From positions 43,526,001 to 43,590,000 of the forward strand of contig CM097885.1 in assembly GCA_044892525.1 (NCBI GenBank): a stretch of 64,000 bases of DNA, read 5' to 3'. The stretch is from Schmidtea polychroa (taxonomy: Eukaryota). The translations under genes and the position numbers were made by a program. Positions 11,405-23,800 of the stretch are shown one piece after another (the first letter of the stretch is position 1; every line of letters begins with the position of its first letter). The notes under the pieces were generated by a model. The model was not told the origin of the DNA. It made no database searches and saw only the letters and a list, made by a program, of their open reading frames with translations.

Positions 11405-12440
11405 TATCACACTATAGTGAGGGGGTCTCGATGGTCCTGGGATTTTCAATACAAAAAAGATTTTCTATACAAAAACGATGGTCCTGGGATTTTCAATACA
11501 AAAAAAAAATTTTCAATACAAAAATCCGACTACCACTAAAAAAGCATGGATTATTCAGACTATAGTGAGGGGGTCTCGATGGTCCTGGGATTTTCAATAC
11601 AAAAAATTTTTTTCTATACAAAAATCCTACTATCAATAAAAAAGCCAAGGATTTATCACGCTATAGTGAGGTGAGTCTCCTTGGTCCTGAGAAATAGGTG
11701 GTCTACACTAAAAAGCATGGTAATTTAAGGTCTCAGGATATTTTCAATACAAATAGGTGGTCTACACTAAAAAAGCCAAGGATTTATCACACTATAGTGA
11801 GGGGGTCTCGATGGTCCTGGGATTTTCAATACAAATAAAATTTTTTCAATACAAAAACGATGGTCCTGGGATTTTCAATACAAAAAATTTTTTTCTATAC
11901 AAAAATCCGACTATCAATAAAAAAGCATGGAATTTTCAGACTATAGTGAGGGGGTCTCGATGGTCCTGGGATTTTCAATACAAAAATCCGACTACCACTA
12001 AAAAAGCATGGAATTTTCTAGGTCAATTCAGGTGGGTCTCCTTGGTCCTGGGATTTTCAATACAAAAAAAATTTTTTAATACAAAAATCCGACTATCACT
12101 AAAAAAGCATGGATTTTTCTAGGTCAATTAAGGTGGGTCTCCTTGGTCCTGAGAATTTCAATAGAAAAATCCGACTATCAATAAAAAAGCATGGTAATTT
12201 AAGGTCTCATGATATTTTCAATACAAAAAGGCGGTCTTCAATAAAGAAACATGGTAATTTAAAGTCTCGGGATATTTTCAATACAAAAAGCTGGTCTACA
12301 CTAAAAAGCATGGTAATTTAAGGTCTCAGGATATTTTCAATACAAAAAGCTGGTCTACACTAAAAAAGCCAAGGATTTTTCAGACTATAGTGAGGTGAGT
12401 CTCCTTGGTCCTGAGAAATAGGTGGTCTACACTAAAAAAC
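11405..12440. repeat. Patchwork tandem array in element A (CACTATAGTGAGGGGGTCTCGATGGTCCTGGGATTTTCAATACAAAAA-type units); mirrored at ~23035-24065
   Basis: Repeated, shuffled sub-units visible directly, including the palindrome CACTATAGTG. Confidence 0.9.
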
Positions 12441-12454
12441 GTTGTAAATTTTTC

Positions 12455-13320
12455 AATTAAAGTAAATAATGGTTCTAAAAAATTAAATTATAGTAAATTA
12501 TGGCTCAAATTTTTAAATTACAGTAAATTATGGTCCTAAAAATTAAATTACAGTAAATTATGGCTCAAATTTTTAAATTACAGTAAATTATGGTCCTAAA
12601 AAATAAATTACAGTAAATTATGGCTCAAATTTTTAAATTACAGTAAATTATGGTCCAAATTTTTAAATTAAAGTAAATTATGGTTCTAAAAATTAAATTA
12701 AAGTAAATTATGGCTCAAATTTTTCAATTACAGTAAATAATGGTCCTAAAAAATTAAATTACAGTAAATTATGGTCTAAATTTTTAAATTAAAGTAAATT
12801 ATGGTCCTAAAAATTAAATTAAAGTAAATTATGGTTCTAAATTTTAAATTAAAGTAAATTAAGGTTCTAAAAAATTAAAATAAAGTAAATTAAGGTCCAA
12901 ATTTTAAATTAAGTAATCAATGGTAAAAAAATTTTAAATAAGTAAATTAAAGTAATAATTTTTAAATTAAGTAATCAATGGTAAAAAATTTTAAATAAGT
13001 AAATTAAAGTAAGATTTTAAAATTTAATTACAAAAAGTTGAAGGTGTTTGAGAATTGAAATTTTTTAATGAAAATTTTCAATGGTAATTTTTAATGAAAA
13101 TTTTTATGGAATATTTTTTTTAAGTAATTTTTAATAGAAAATTTTATGAAATATTTTTCAATGGTAATTTTTAATGGAAATTTTTATGAAATATTTTTCA
13201 ATGAAAATTTTTATGGAATATTTTTTTTAAGTAATTTTTAATAGAAAATTTTATGAAATATTTTTCAATGGTAATTTTTAATGGAAATTTTTAAGAAATA
13301 TTTTTCAAAGACAAATTTTA
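12455..13320. repeat. ~30-bp AT-rich tandem array (AAATTACAGTAAATTATGGTCCTAAA-like) followed by a second AT-rich array; mirrored at ~22220-23020
   Basis: Periodicity of about 30 nt visible line by line. Confidence 0.9.
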
Positions 13321-13334
13321 ATAATAATTCAACA

Positions 13335-14840
13335 ACAAATCAACAACTTAGTACCAACAACCAGTAACTTACGAACATGTATTACCAACCAGATACCTAC
13401 AACCAGTTACCTGATACCAAGTACCAACAACCAAAACATGCAACCAACTAGGTACCAAGTACTAACAACTAACTACCACCTACCAAGTACCTACAACCAA
13501 CTACTAAGTACTAACAACCAAAAACAACCAACTAGGTACTAGATACCAAGTACTTACAACAAACATCAACCAAGTACTTACTACCAACTACCAAGTACTT
13601 ACAACTAGTTACTAACAACTAGTTACCTGCTACCAAGTACTTACAATTAGTTACTAACAACCAGTTACCTGATACCAAGTACCTACAACCAACTACTAAG
13701 TACTAACAACAAAAAACAACGAAGTACCTACAACAAATTACCAGATACCAAGTGCCTACAACTAGTTACTAACAACTAGTTACCTGATACTAAGTACCTA
13801 CAACCACCTAACAAGTACTAACAACCAAAAACAAGCAACCAAACAGGTATCAGATACCACCTACTAAGTACCAACAACCAACTAGTTACCAGATACCTAC
13901 AACTAGATACTAACAACTAGGTCTCAAACAACTAAATACTAACAACCAGGTACTAAGCATTAATTACCAACTACTAAGTACCTACAACCTACAACTAGAT
14001 ACTAACAACCAGTTACCTGATACCAAGTACTAACAACCGTCAACAACCAGGTACTAAGCCTTATCAACCTACAACTAGTTACTAACAACCAGTTACCAAC
14101 TACTAAGCATTAATTACCTACAACTAGTTACTAACAACTAGATACCAAGTACATACAACCAGACACTAAGCATTATCAACCAAGTACTAACAACTAAATA
14201 CTAAACACTAACAACCGACAATAACCAGGTACTAAGCATCATCAACCAACTACTAAGTACCTACAACTAGATACTAACAACCAGTTACCCATTAACTAGC
14301 TACAACCAGCACTCAACTAGCTACCAACTACTAAGTACCTACAACCAAGTACTAACAACTAGATACCTAGTTACTAACAACCCGCTAACAACTAACAACT
14401 AGATACCAAGTACCAGTAAATTACGAACATGTATTAACAACCAGATACCTACAACTAGTTACTAACAACTAGTTACTAACAACTAGTTACCTGATAGCAA
14501 CCAACTAGCTACCAACTACTAAGTACCTACAACCAACATCAACCAGGTACTAAACATTAATTACCAACTACTAAGTACCTACAACCAACTAACAACCACC
14601 TACCAAGTACTAAGCATTATCAACCAACTACTAAGTACCTACAACCAACTAGCTACCACCTACCAAGTACTAACAACCAGTTACCAACTACTAAGCATTA
14701 ATTACCTACAACTAGTTACTGACAACTAGCTACCAAGTACATACAACCAGACACTAAGCATTATCAACCAAGTACTAACAACCAAGTACAAGATACCTAG
14801 TACTGTCAACTAGATACCAAACACTTACAACCAGATGACC
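13335..14840. repeat. C/A-rich strand-asymmetric patchwork satellite (CAACTAGTTACTAACAACC / TACCAAGTAC units); partly mirrored at 21410-22200
   Basis: Short shuffled modules containing AACTAGTT, AGTACT and GGTACC; strongly G-poor on the + strand. Confidence 0.85.
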
Positions 14841-15204
14841 ACATGAAATTATTGGTTAAATATGAAAATAAGGGTTATAATTAGTTGTTTAGTAAATTAT
14901 GGTGTAAAATTAAGTAATAAAGCATAAATAGGTAAATTAAGGATAAGTAAATTAAAGTTAAAAAATTAAATTAAAGTTAATTAAGGTCCAAATTTTAAAA
15001 ATAAGTAATCAATGTTCTAAAAAATTAAATTAAAGTTAAATAAGTAAATTAAAGTAATAATTTTTAAAGAATTTAATTAAAGTAATAATTTTTAAATAAG
15101 TAATGTAATAAGTAAATAAAAGTAAGATTTTTAATTTTATTATCAAAAGATTGAATAATAACCAACTTTTTTGAGAAATGTAATTTATAATGAAAATTTA
15201 AATG

Positions 15205-15261
<57 letters not shown>

Positions 15262-15698
15262 TAATAATAATTCAACAGTTACCAACAATCGGTTACTGAT
15301 TATTTTTTAACTAGGTGCTAACAAATACTTACAACTAGATACCACGTACTAACTAACTCTCAAACAACCAGATACTTACAACTAACTACTAAATATTCTT
15401 CACTGTATTTTATGAAATGATTTTTAAATTAATATTTTTTATACAGCTTCTATAATAATTTTAATTACAATCAGTAGAAAAACCTTTTCAAAATGTCTAA
15501 ATTTAACAAAAATGTTGATTTTCATCAAAAAACCACAACTCAACCACTTTAAAACACCACGTGGAATTCAAAATAATTACAATGAAAGACTAATGAATTC
15601 TAATTTACAAAACATTCTTCTTTTAAATGATAACTACTGACTTATTATTGCAAAGTAAAAATCACATTCAATAAATACTTATTATTGATCAGTTTTAT

Positions 15699-15812
15699 TA
15701 TATATACTCTGAGTTTATCCGACAGGATGTTTTGACCCCCTAAGGGTACAGGTCGTAAGGGTATTAGTCGTAAGGGTACTGGTCGTAAAGGTACTAGTCG
15801 TAGGGGTATTGG
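15699..15812 (+). repeat. Copy of the dispersed ~90-bp motif, here with five 15-bp AAGGGTACTGGTCGT-like units
   Basis: TATATACTCTGAGTTTATCCGACAGGATGTTTTGACCCCCTAAGGGTACAGGTCGT... Other copies at ~18999, 28131(-), 30302, 33095, 34958, 37018(-), 38097, 40161(-), 42035(-) and 44915(-). Confidence 0.85.
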
Positions 15813-17499
15813 TAACACTTAACCACAACCTACCCATTAACTAGCTACTAAGTACTAACCACTAGGTTTCAAACAACAACTACTAACAACCACCATCAAA
15901 ACCCATCGAGAAATTAACAAATATCAACCTACAACTATATAACAATCAGTAAACAACACTGTACCAACTACCAAATACAAGATACCAACAACTTAGTACC
16001 AACAATCAACTAACAACACATAAAAATAATAGCAATTAAATAAAAAAAATTATTCTTCATCGCATACACTATTTTCTTATCAAAATCTAAAAAGTCAATC
16101 AGATACCAACTACCAAGTACCAAGTACTAACAACCAACTACCTAGAACCAACAACTATGTACTAACAAATTGATCTTTAAAAGCAAATACTCTTCACTTG
16201 AAAAATTGGATGAAAAATTATTTGAACTCAAGGCATCAATAACTTGGTAAAAATTGATTAAATAATTGTAAAAATTTAAATTATTCAAAATAAATATCAT
16301 AAAAATTTAATTAATGGACAAGAAAAAATTCTAATCATCCAATAAATAAAAAAAAATGCTGATCATTCAAGTTGAATCAACTAAGATAATAAATTAATAA
16401 GATAAGATCTAGTAGATAATTGATTAAGATTGAATAAATTAATTTAAATAAAATTTAATTTAATTATTTTTGTAAAAGTAATACATGTACTCAAATTGAT
16501 TGACTGATTTCTCAATATATTCAAAAAAAATCAGTATAAATTCATTACAATTATCAAAGTCAGCAATCTACAATAAAAATAATTATCATAAAATTCCAAA
16601 AGAGACTAGATAACTAATGATAACATCTAATAAACCAGTAAATTTATTTAAATGACAATAATTGGTATATCCTAGTGAATTCTCCAATTTCTCATTTCCT
16701 CCCAAATATATCAATATGTAAAGATTAGTATTGTAATGATAAATACTTGTTAAAGATCATATATTTACCTCAAACTAACAAGATTCCTTAAAATCCCTTA
16801 AATGACTATATTTCTACCCTTAATTCATATTATTACAAATATTTCACTAAAATCATCTAAAAAGCATCAAATTTCCCTGAAATAACTCTATCTTTTAAGA
16901 TTGATATTTTAATGATAAGTACTTGTTAAAGATCATATATTCCCCTCAGACTAATAAGATTGCTTAAACTCCCCTTTAAATGACTATAATTCTAACTTTA
17001 ATTCCTATTATCATACATGTTTCACTATTGATAAAACCGGTTATAATTAACTTTTTGTTAATCACTGTACTCGAAATTTAAAATAAATATAACTGACTAG
17101 GTCCCATTAAAAGATTAAATTTATCCATTCAATAAAATATATTTCTTCAAATGATCATTTTTACCAATATTCAACCGATTTAATTACTAATTAAAATCAA
17201 GATTTCTTCCAATAAAGATCAATTTTATTTAGTCGATGTTTTAAGTCCATATTTCTAAACTTTTGTCATTCTCCGCCTAAATAAAGATAAAAATAAATTA
17301 AAGTTGATATCAATCCCAATTATCTGTAAAGATTTCATTGTCAAAACCAAGTAAATCGATCATTATCCCTACTTAATAAAACATTGTTCTAAATTAATTT
17401 ACTGTGCATTAATCACAACCTAATAAAACGATATAATTATTATTGATTCATAACTGACTAATGTATTGCAATTTCCTTAAAAAACATTGATATTTTACC

Positions 17500-17810
17500 A
17501 ACATCACCCTTAAAAAATCATATATTCCCATCGAAACCCTTCCCTCATTAAAAGCAACCGACTATATCTCCCTTACAATAATATATTCCCATCTTAACCC
17601 ATCTCACATTAAATCTAACCGACTATATCCCCTTAAAAGATCATATTTTCCCCATCTTAACCGATCTCTCATTAAATCTAACCAACAATATCCCATCTTA
17701 ACCGATCTCTCATTAAATCTAACCGACTATATCCCTTTAAAAATCATATATTCCCATCTCTCATTAAATCTAATCGATAATATCCCATCTTATCCGATCT
17801 CTCAGCAAAT
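17500..17810. repeat. Short tandem array ATATCCCATCTTAACCGATCTCTCATTAAATCTAACCGA; mirrored at ~20140-20440
   Basis: Five to six imperfect units visible directly. Confidence 0.75.
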
Positions 17811-20800
17811 ATTTCTACCCTTTTAAACATCTATCCGATTATATCCCTTAATTTCCCTAAAGATTCCACCCACTTGAACCCTTTAATATATATCAATCCT
17901 CTTAATATCCTTAGAGAACTTCAAAAAGTATGAATTTTCATAAACTGTTAAAGACACCAGGCATTCTTCCATTGAAATAATTTAGAAGCTAAATAATAAG
18001 AGCCCACTAAAAGATCAAAATTTACTAAAATTTTCTACAAATATTTACCATCAAATACTGGAGATGATATATATTGATTGATCATAATTCTTCATCGATT
18101 CAACCAATCATTTTCAAGCAATAACAGCAAACTAAATTTCTGTATATCCTACAATAATTATCAAGTAAATTTAAAGTCATTGATAAATATTCTTAGAAAA
18201 TTATTGAAAAAAATTATCTAGTCAAATATATTACAAAGTTATCATCAAAAATTTATTCTATCACTTAATTATTAACCTAATTGTCAATGAAATTAATTTT
18301 TATTTAAAAACTATTCAATAAAATACAACTAATTATCAAGAAATTAACTAAATTTATCAATTAAATTTATCACCATTAAAACTTTTAATCAGTCAACATG
18401 AAATTCTTAGAAAATTATTCAATATCCTCATAAAAATTTATGTTACGTAATAAAATAGTTTAAATTACATATCCTTCTCACTTATATTCCACCGATTCTC
18501 ATTATCCCACTATTTAATCTCCTATATTCCCCCGATTTCCACTATTTAATCATTTGTATTCCCTAGAATTTCCATTAATTATTCACTTATATTCCCCGAT
18601 TCTCTATTTTCCATTAATTAATCACTAATATCCCCCCGATTTTGATTAATTATTCCCCACAAATATTTGTCTTAAAAGTTTTTTTTTTATTAAATTTATG
18701 AATTTTATGAAATAATTTTAAATAAATTCAATTAATATATTTACATTTTTATCAACCTTCTTCTTATCTATGCCACTTCTCATTATTTACCTCCATTAAT
18801 GAATTATTCTACCAATTATTTTCACCCATTTGAATTTATCATCGAGTAATTTCCTCACTTTAATGAAGATTCTTACCACCTTCATTGTTAATTTTATCAA
18901 AGTTTAAAGAATATTTCTCTTTACATTGCTTACCACTTTAGATTTTTTATCGAAATTTATGATAATTTGACTAATTCAATGAAAAATGAGTTAATTAATA
19001 TATACTCTGAGTTTATCCGACAAAATATTCTGTCCCCCTATGGGTATTGCTCACAAGGGTACTACTCACATTCAACATGTCGCAAGGGTATTAGTTGTAA
19101 AGGTATTTAATGCTTTTATTTGAATGATTATTTAGGCAAATTTGTATAAGGCATTCATTGATAATTTTTAGAGTTGATGGTTTTATTCAAGTAAATTTCT
19201 ATCATTTTTATGAATTTCTATCATTTTTTGTAATTTTCTATTATTTTCATGAATTTCCGTACTTTTTTGTGAATATGCGTAATTTTTGTAGATATCTATC
19301 ATTTTCATGGATTTCTAACATTTTTGCAAATTTCATGTTTATTGAATGAATATTTAATAATTTAATGCTAATTCTAAGATAAATTTAATTAATTTCTTGA
19401 TAATTGGATGTATTTTTATTGACTTGTTTTTTTTTTTTTAATTTTAAATAAAAATTATTTTCAATGAGGTTAATAATTAGAGATTTTACAATAATGAAGT
19501 GGTAGGATAAATTTTTATGAGGATATTGAATAATTTTCTAAGAATTTCATGTTGACTGATTAAAAGTTTTAATGGTGATAAATTTAATTGATAAATTTAG
19601 TTAATTTCTTGATAATTAGTTGTATTTTATTGAATAGTTTTTAAATAAAAATTAATTTCATTGACAATTAGGTTAATAATTAAGTGATAGAATAAATTTT
19701 TGATGATAACTTTGTAATATATTTGACTAGATAATTTTTTTCAATAATTTTCTAAGAATATTTATCAATGACTTTAAATTTACTTGATAATTATTGTAGG
19801 ATATACAGAAATTTAGTTTGCTGTTATTGCTTGAAAATGATTGGTTGAATCGATGAAGAATTATGATCAATCAATATATATCATCTCCAGTATTTGATGG
19901 TAAATATTTGTAGAAAATTTTAGTAAATTTTGATCTTTTAGTGGGCTCTTATTATTTAGCTTCTAAATTATTTCAATGGAAGAATGCCTGGTGTCTTTAA
20001 CAGTTTATGAAAATTCATACTTTTTGAAGTTCTCTAAGGATATTAAGAGGATTGATATATATTAAAGGGTTCAAGTGGGTGGAATCTTTAGGGAAATTAA
20101 GGGATATAATCGGATAGATGTTTAAAAGGGTAGAAATATTTGCTGAGAGATCGGATAAGATGGGATATTATCGATTAGATTTAATGAGAGATGGGAATAT
20201 ATGATTTTTAAAGGGATATAGTCGGTTAGATTTAATGAGAGATCGGTTAAGATGGGATATTGTTGGTTAGATTTAATGAGAGATCGGTTAAGATGGGGAA
20301 AATATGATCTTTTAAGGGGATATAGTCGGTTAGATTTAATGTGAGATGGGTTAAGATGGGAATATATTATTGTAAGGGAGATATAGTCGGTTGCTTTTAA
20401 TGAGGGAAGGGTTTCGATGGGAATATATGATTTTTTAAGGGTGATGTTGGTAAAATATCAATGTTTTTTAAGGAAATTGCAATACATTAGTCAGTTATGA
20501 ATCAATAATAATTATATCGTTTTATTAGGTTGTGATTAATGCACAGTAAATTAATTTAGAACAATGTTTTATTAAGTAGGGATAATGATCGATTTACTTG
20601 GTTTTGACAATGAAATCTTTACAGATAATTGGGATTGATATCAACTTTAATTTATTTTTATCTTTATTTAGGCGGAGAATGACAAAAGTTTAGAAATATG
20701 GACTTAAAACATCGACTAAATAAAATTGATCTTTATTGGAAGAAATCTTGATTTTAATTAGTAATTAAATCGGTTGAATATTGGTAAAAATGATCATTTG

Positions 20801-23800
20801 AAGAAATATATTTTATTGAATGGATAAATTTAATCTTTTAATGGGACCTAGTCAGTTATATTTATTTTAAATTTCGAGTACAGTGATTAACAAAAAGTTA
20901 ATTATAACCGGTTTTATCAATAGTGAAACATGTATGATAATAGGAATTAAAGTTAGAATTATAGTCATTTAAAGAGGAGTTTAAGCAATCTTATTAGTCT
21001 GAGGGGAATATATGATCTTTAACAAGTACTTATCATTAAAATATCAATCTTAAAAGATAGAGTTATTTCAGGGAAATTTGATGCTTTTTAGATGATTTTA
21101 GTGAAATATTTGTAATAATATGAATTAAGGGTAGAAATATAGTCATTTAAGGGATTTTAAGGAATCTTGTTAGTTTGAGGTAAATATATGATCTTTAACA
21201 AGTATTTATCATTACAATACTAATCTTTACATATTGATATATTTGGGAGGAAATGAGAAATTGGAGAATTCACTAGGATATACCAATTATTGTCATTTAA
21301 ATAAATTTACTGGTTTATTAGATGTTATCATTAGTTATCTAGTCTCTTTTGGAATTTTATGATAATTATTTTTATTGTAGATTGCTGACTTTGATAATTG
21401 TAATGAATTTAACTAGTTGTAGGTAATTAATGCTTAGTAGTTGGTAACTGGTTGTTAGTAACTAGTTGTAGGTTGATAAGGCTTAGTACCTGGTTGTTGA
21501 CGGTTGTTAGTACTTGGTATCAGGTAACTGGTTGTTAGTATCTAGTTGTAGGTTGTAGGTACTTAGTAGTTGGTAATTAATGCTTAGTACCTGGTTGTTA
21601 GTATTTAGTTGTTTGAGACCTAGTTGTTAGTATCTAGTTGTAGGTATCTGGTAACTAGTTGGTTGTTGGTACTTAGTAGGTGGTATCTGATACCTGTTTG
21701 GTTGCTTGTTTTTGGTTGTTAGTACTTGTTAGGTGGTTGTAGGTACTTAGTATCAGGTAACTAGTTGTTAGTAACTAGTTGTAGGCACTTGGTATCTGGT
21801 AATTTGTTGTAGGTACTTCGTTGTTTTTTGTTGTTAGTACTTAGTAGTTGGTTGTAGGTACTTGGTATCAGGTAACTGGTTGTTAGTAACTAATTGTAAG
21901 TACTTGGTAGCAGGTAACTAGTTGTTAGTAACTAGTTGTAAGTACTTGGTAGTTGGTAGTAAGTACTTGGTTGATGTTTGTTGTAAGTACTTGGTATCTA
22001 GTACCTAGTTGGTTGTTTTTGGTTGTTAGTACTTAGTAGTTGGTTGTAGGTACTTGGTAGGTGGTAGTTAGTTGTTAGTACTTGGTACCTAGTTGGTTGC
22101 ATGTTTTGGTTGTTGGTACTTGGTATCAGGTAACTGGTTGTAGGTATCTGGTTGGTAATACATGTTCGTAAGTTACTGGTTGTTGGTACTAAGTTGTTGA
22201 TTTGTTGTTGAATTATTATTAAAATTTGTCTTTGAAAAATATTTCTTAAAAATTTCCATTAAAAATTATCATTGAAAAATATTTCATAAAAATTTCCATT
22301 AAAAATTACCATTGAAAAATATTTCATAAAATTTTCTATTAAAAATTACTTAAAAAAAATATTCCATAAAAATTTTCATTAAAAATTACCATTGAAAATT
22401 TTCATTAAAAAATTTCAATTCTCAAACACCTTCAACTTTTTGTAATTAAATTTTAAAATCTTACTTTAATTTACTTATTTAAAATTTTTTACCATTGATT
22501 ACTTAATTTAAAAATTATTACTTTAATTTACTTATTTAAAATTTTTTTACCATTGATTACTTAATTTAAAATTTGGACCTTAATTTACTTTATTTTAATT
22601 TTTTAGAACCTTAATTTACTTTAATTTAAAATTTAGAACCATAATTTACTTTAATTTAATTTTTAGGACCATAATTTACTTTAATTTAAAAATTTAGACC
22701 ATAATTTACTGTAATTTAATTTTTTAGGACCATTATTTACTGTAATTGAAAAATTTGAGCCATAATTTACTTTAATTTAATTTTTAGAACCATAATTTAC
22801 TTTAATTTAAAAATTTGGACCATAATTTACTGTAATTTAAAAATTTGAGCCATAATTTACTGTAATTTATTTTTTAGGACCATAATTTACTGTAATTTAA
22901 AAATTTGAGCCATAATTTACTGTAATTTAATTTTTAGGACCATAATTTACTGTAATTTAAAAATTTGAGCCATAATTTACTATAATTTAATTTTTTAGAA
23001 CCATTATTTACTTTAATTGAAAAATTTACAACGTTTTCTAGTGTAGACCACCTATTTCTCAGGACCAAGGAGACTCACCTCACTATAGTCTGAAAAATCC
23101 TTGGCTTTTTTAGTGTAGACCAGCTTTTTGTATTGAAAATATCCTGAGACCTTAAATTACCATGCTTTTTAGTGTAGACCAGCTTTTTGTATTGAAAATA
23201 TCCCGAGACTTTAAATTACCATGTTTCTTTATTGAAGACCGCCTTTTTGTATTGAAAATATCATGAGACCTTAAATTACCATGCTTTTTTATTGATAGTC
23301 GGATTTTTCTATTGAAATTCTCAGGACCAAGGAGACCCACCTTAATTGACCTAGAAAAATCCATGCTTTTTTAGTGATAGTCGGATTTTTGTATTAAAAA
23401 ATTTTTTTTGTATTGAAAATCCCAGGACCAAGGAGACCCACCTGAATTGACCTAGAAAATTCCATGCTTTTTTAGTGGTAGTCGGATTTTTGTATTGAAA
23501 ATCCCAGGACCATCAAGACCCCCTCACTATAGTCTGAAAATTCCATGCTTTTTTATTGATAGTCGGATTTTTGTATAGAAAAAAATTTTTTGTATTGAAA
23601 ATCCCAGGACCATCGTTTTTGTATTGAAAAAATTTTATTTGTATTGAAAATCCCAGGACCATCGAGACCCCCTCACTATAGTCTGAAAAATCCTTGGCTT
23701 TTTTAGTGTAGACCACCTATTTGTATTGAAAATATCCTGAGACCTTAAATTACCATGCTTTTTAGTGTAGACCACCTATTTCTCAGGACCAAGGAGACTC

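Noticed and set aside
11284..12321. ORFs in the terminal array of element A and their mirrors at 23152-24146
   Set aside because: Translations of tandem repeats with no recognisable domain.
11405..12440. Repeat array superficially like a CRISPR (repeated ~30-bp GC-richer unit)
   Set aside because: Intervening sequences are themselves repeats rather than unique spacers, spacing is irregular, there are no cas genes and the context is eukaryotic.
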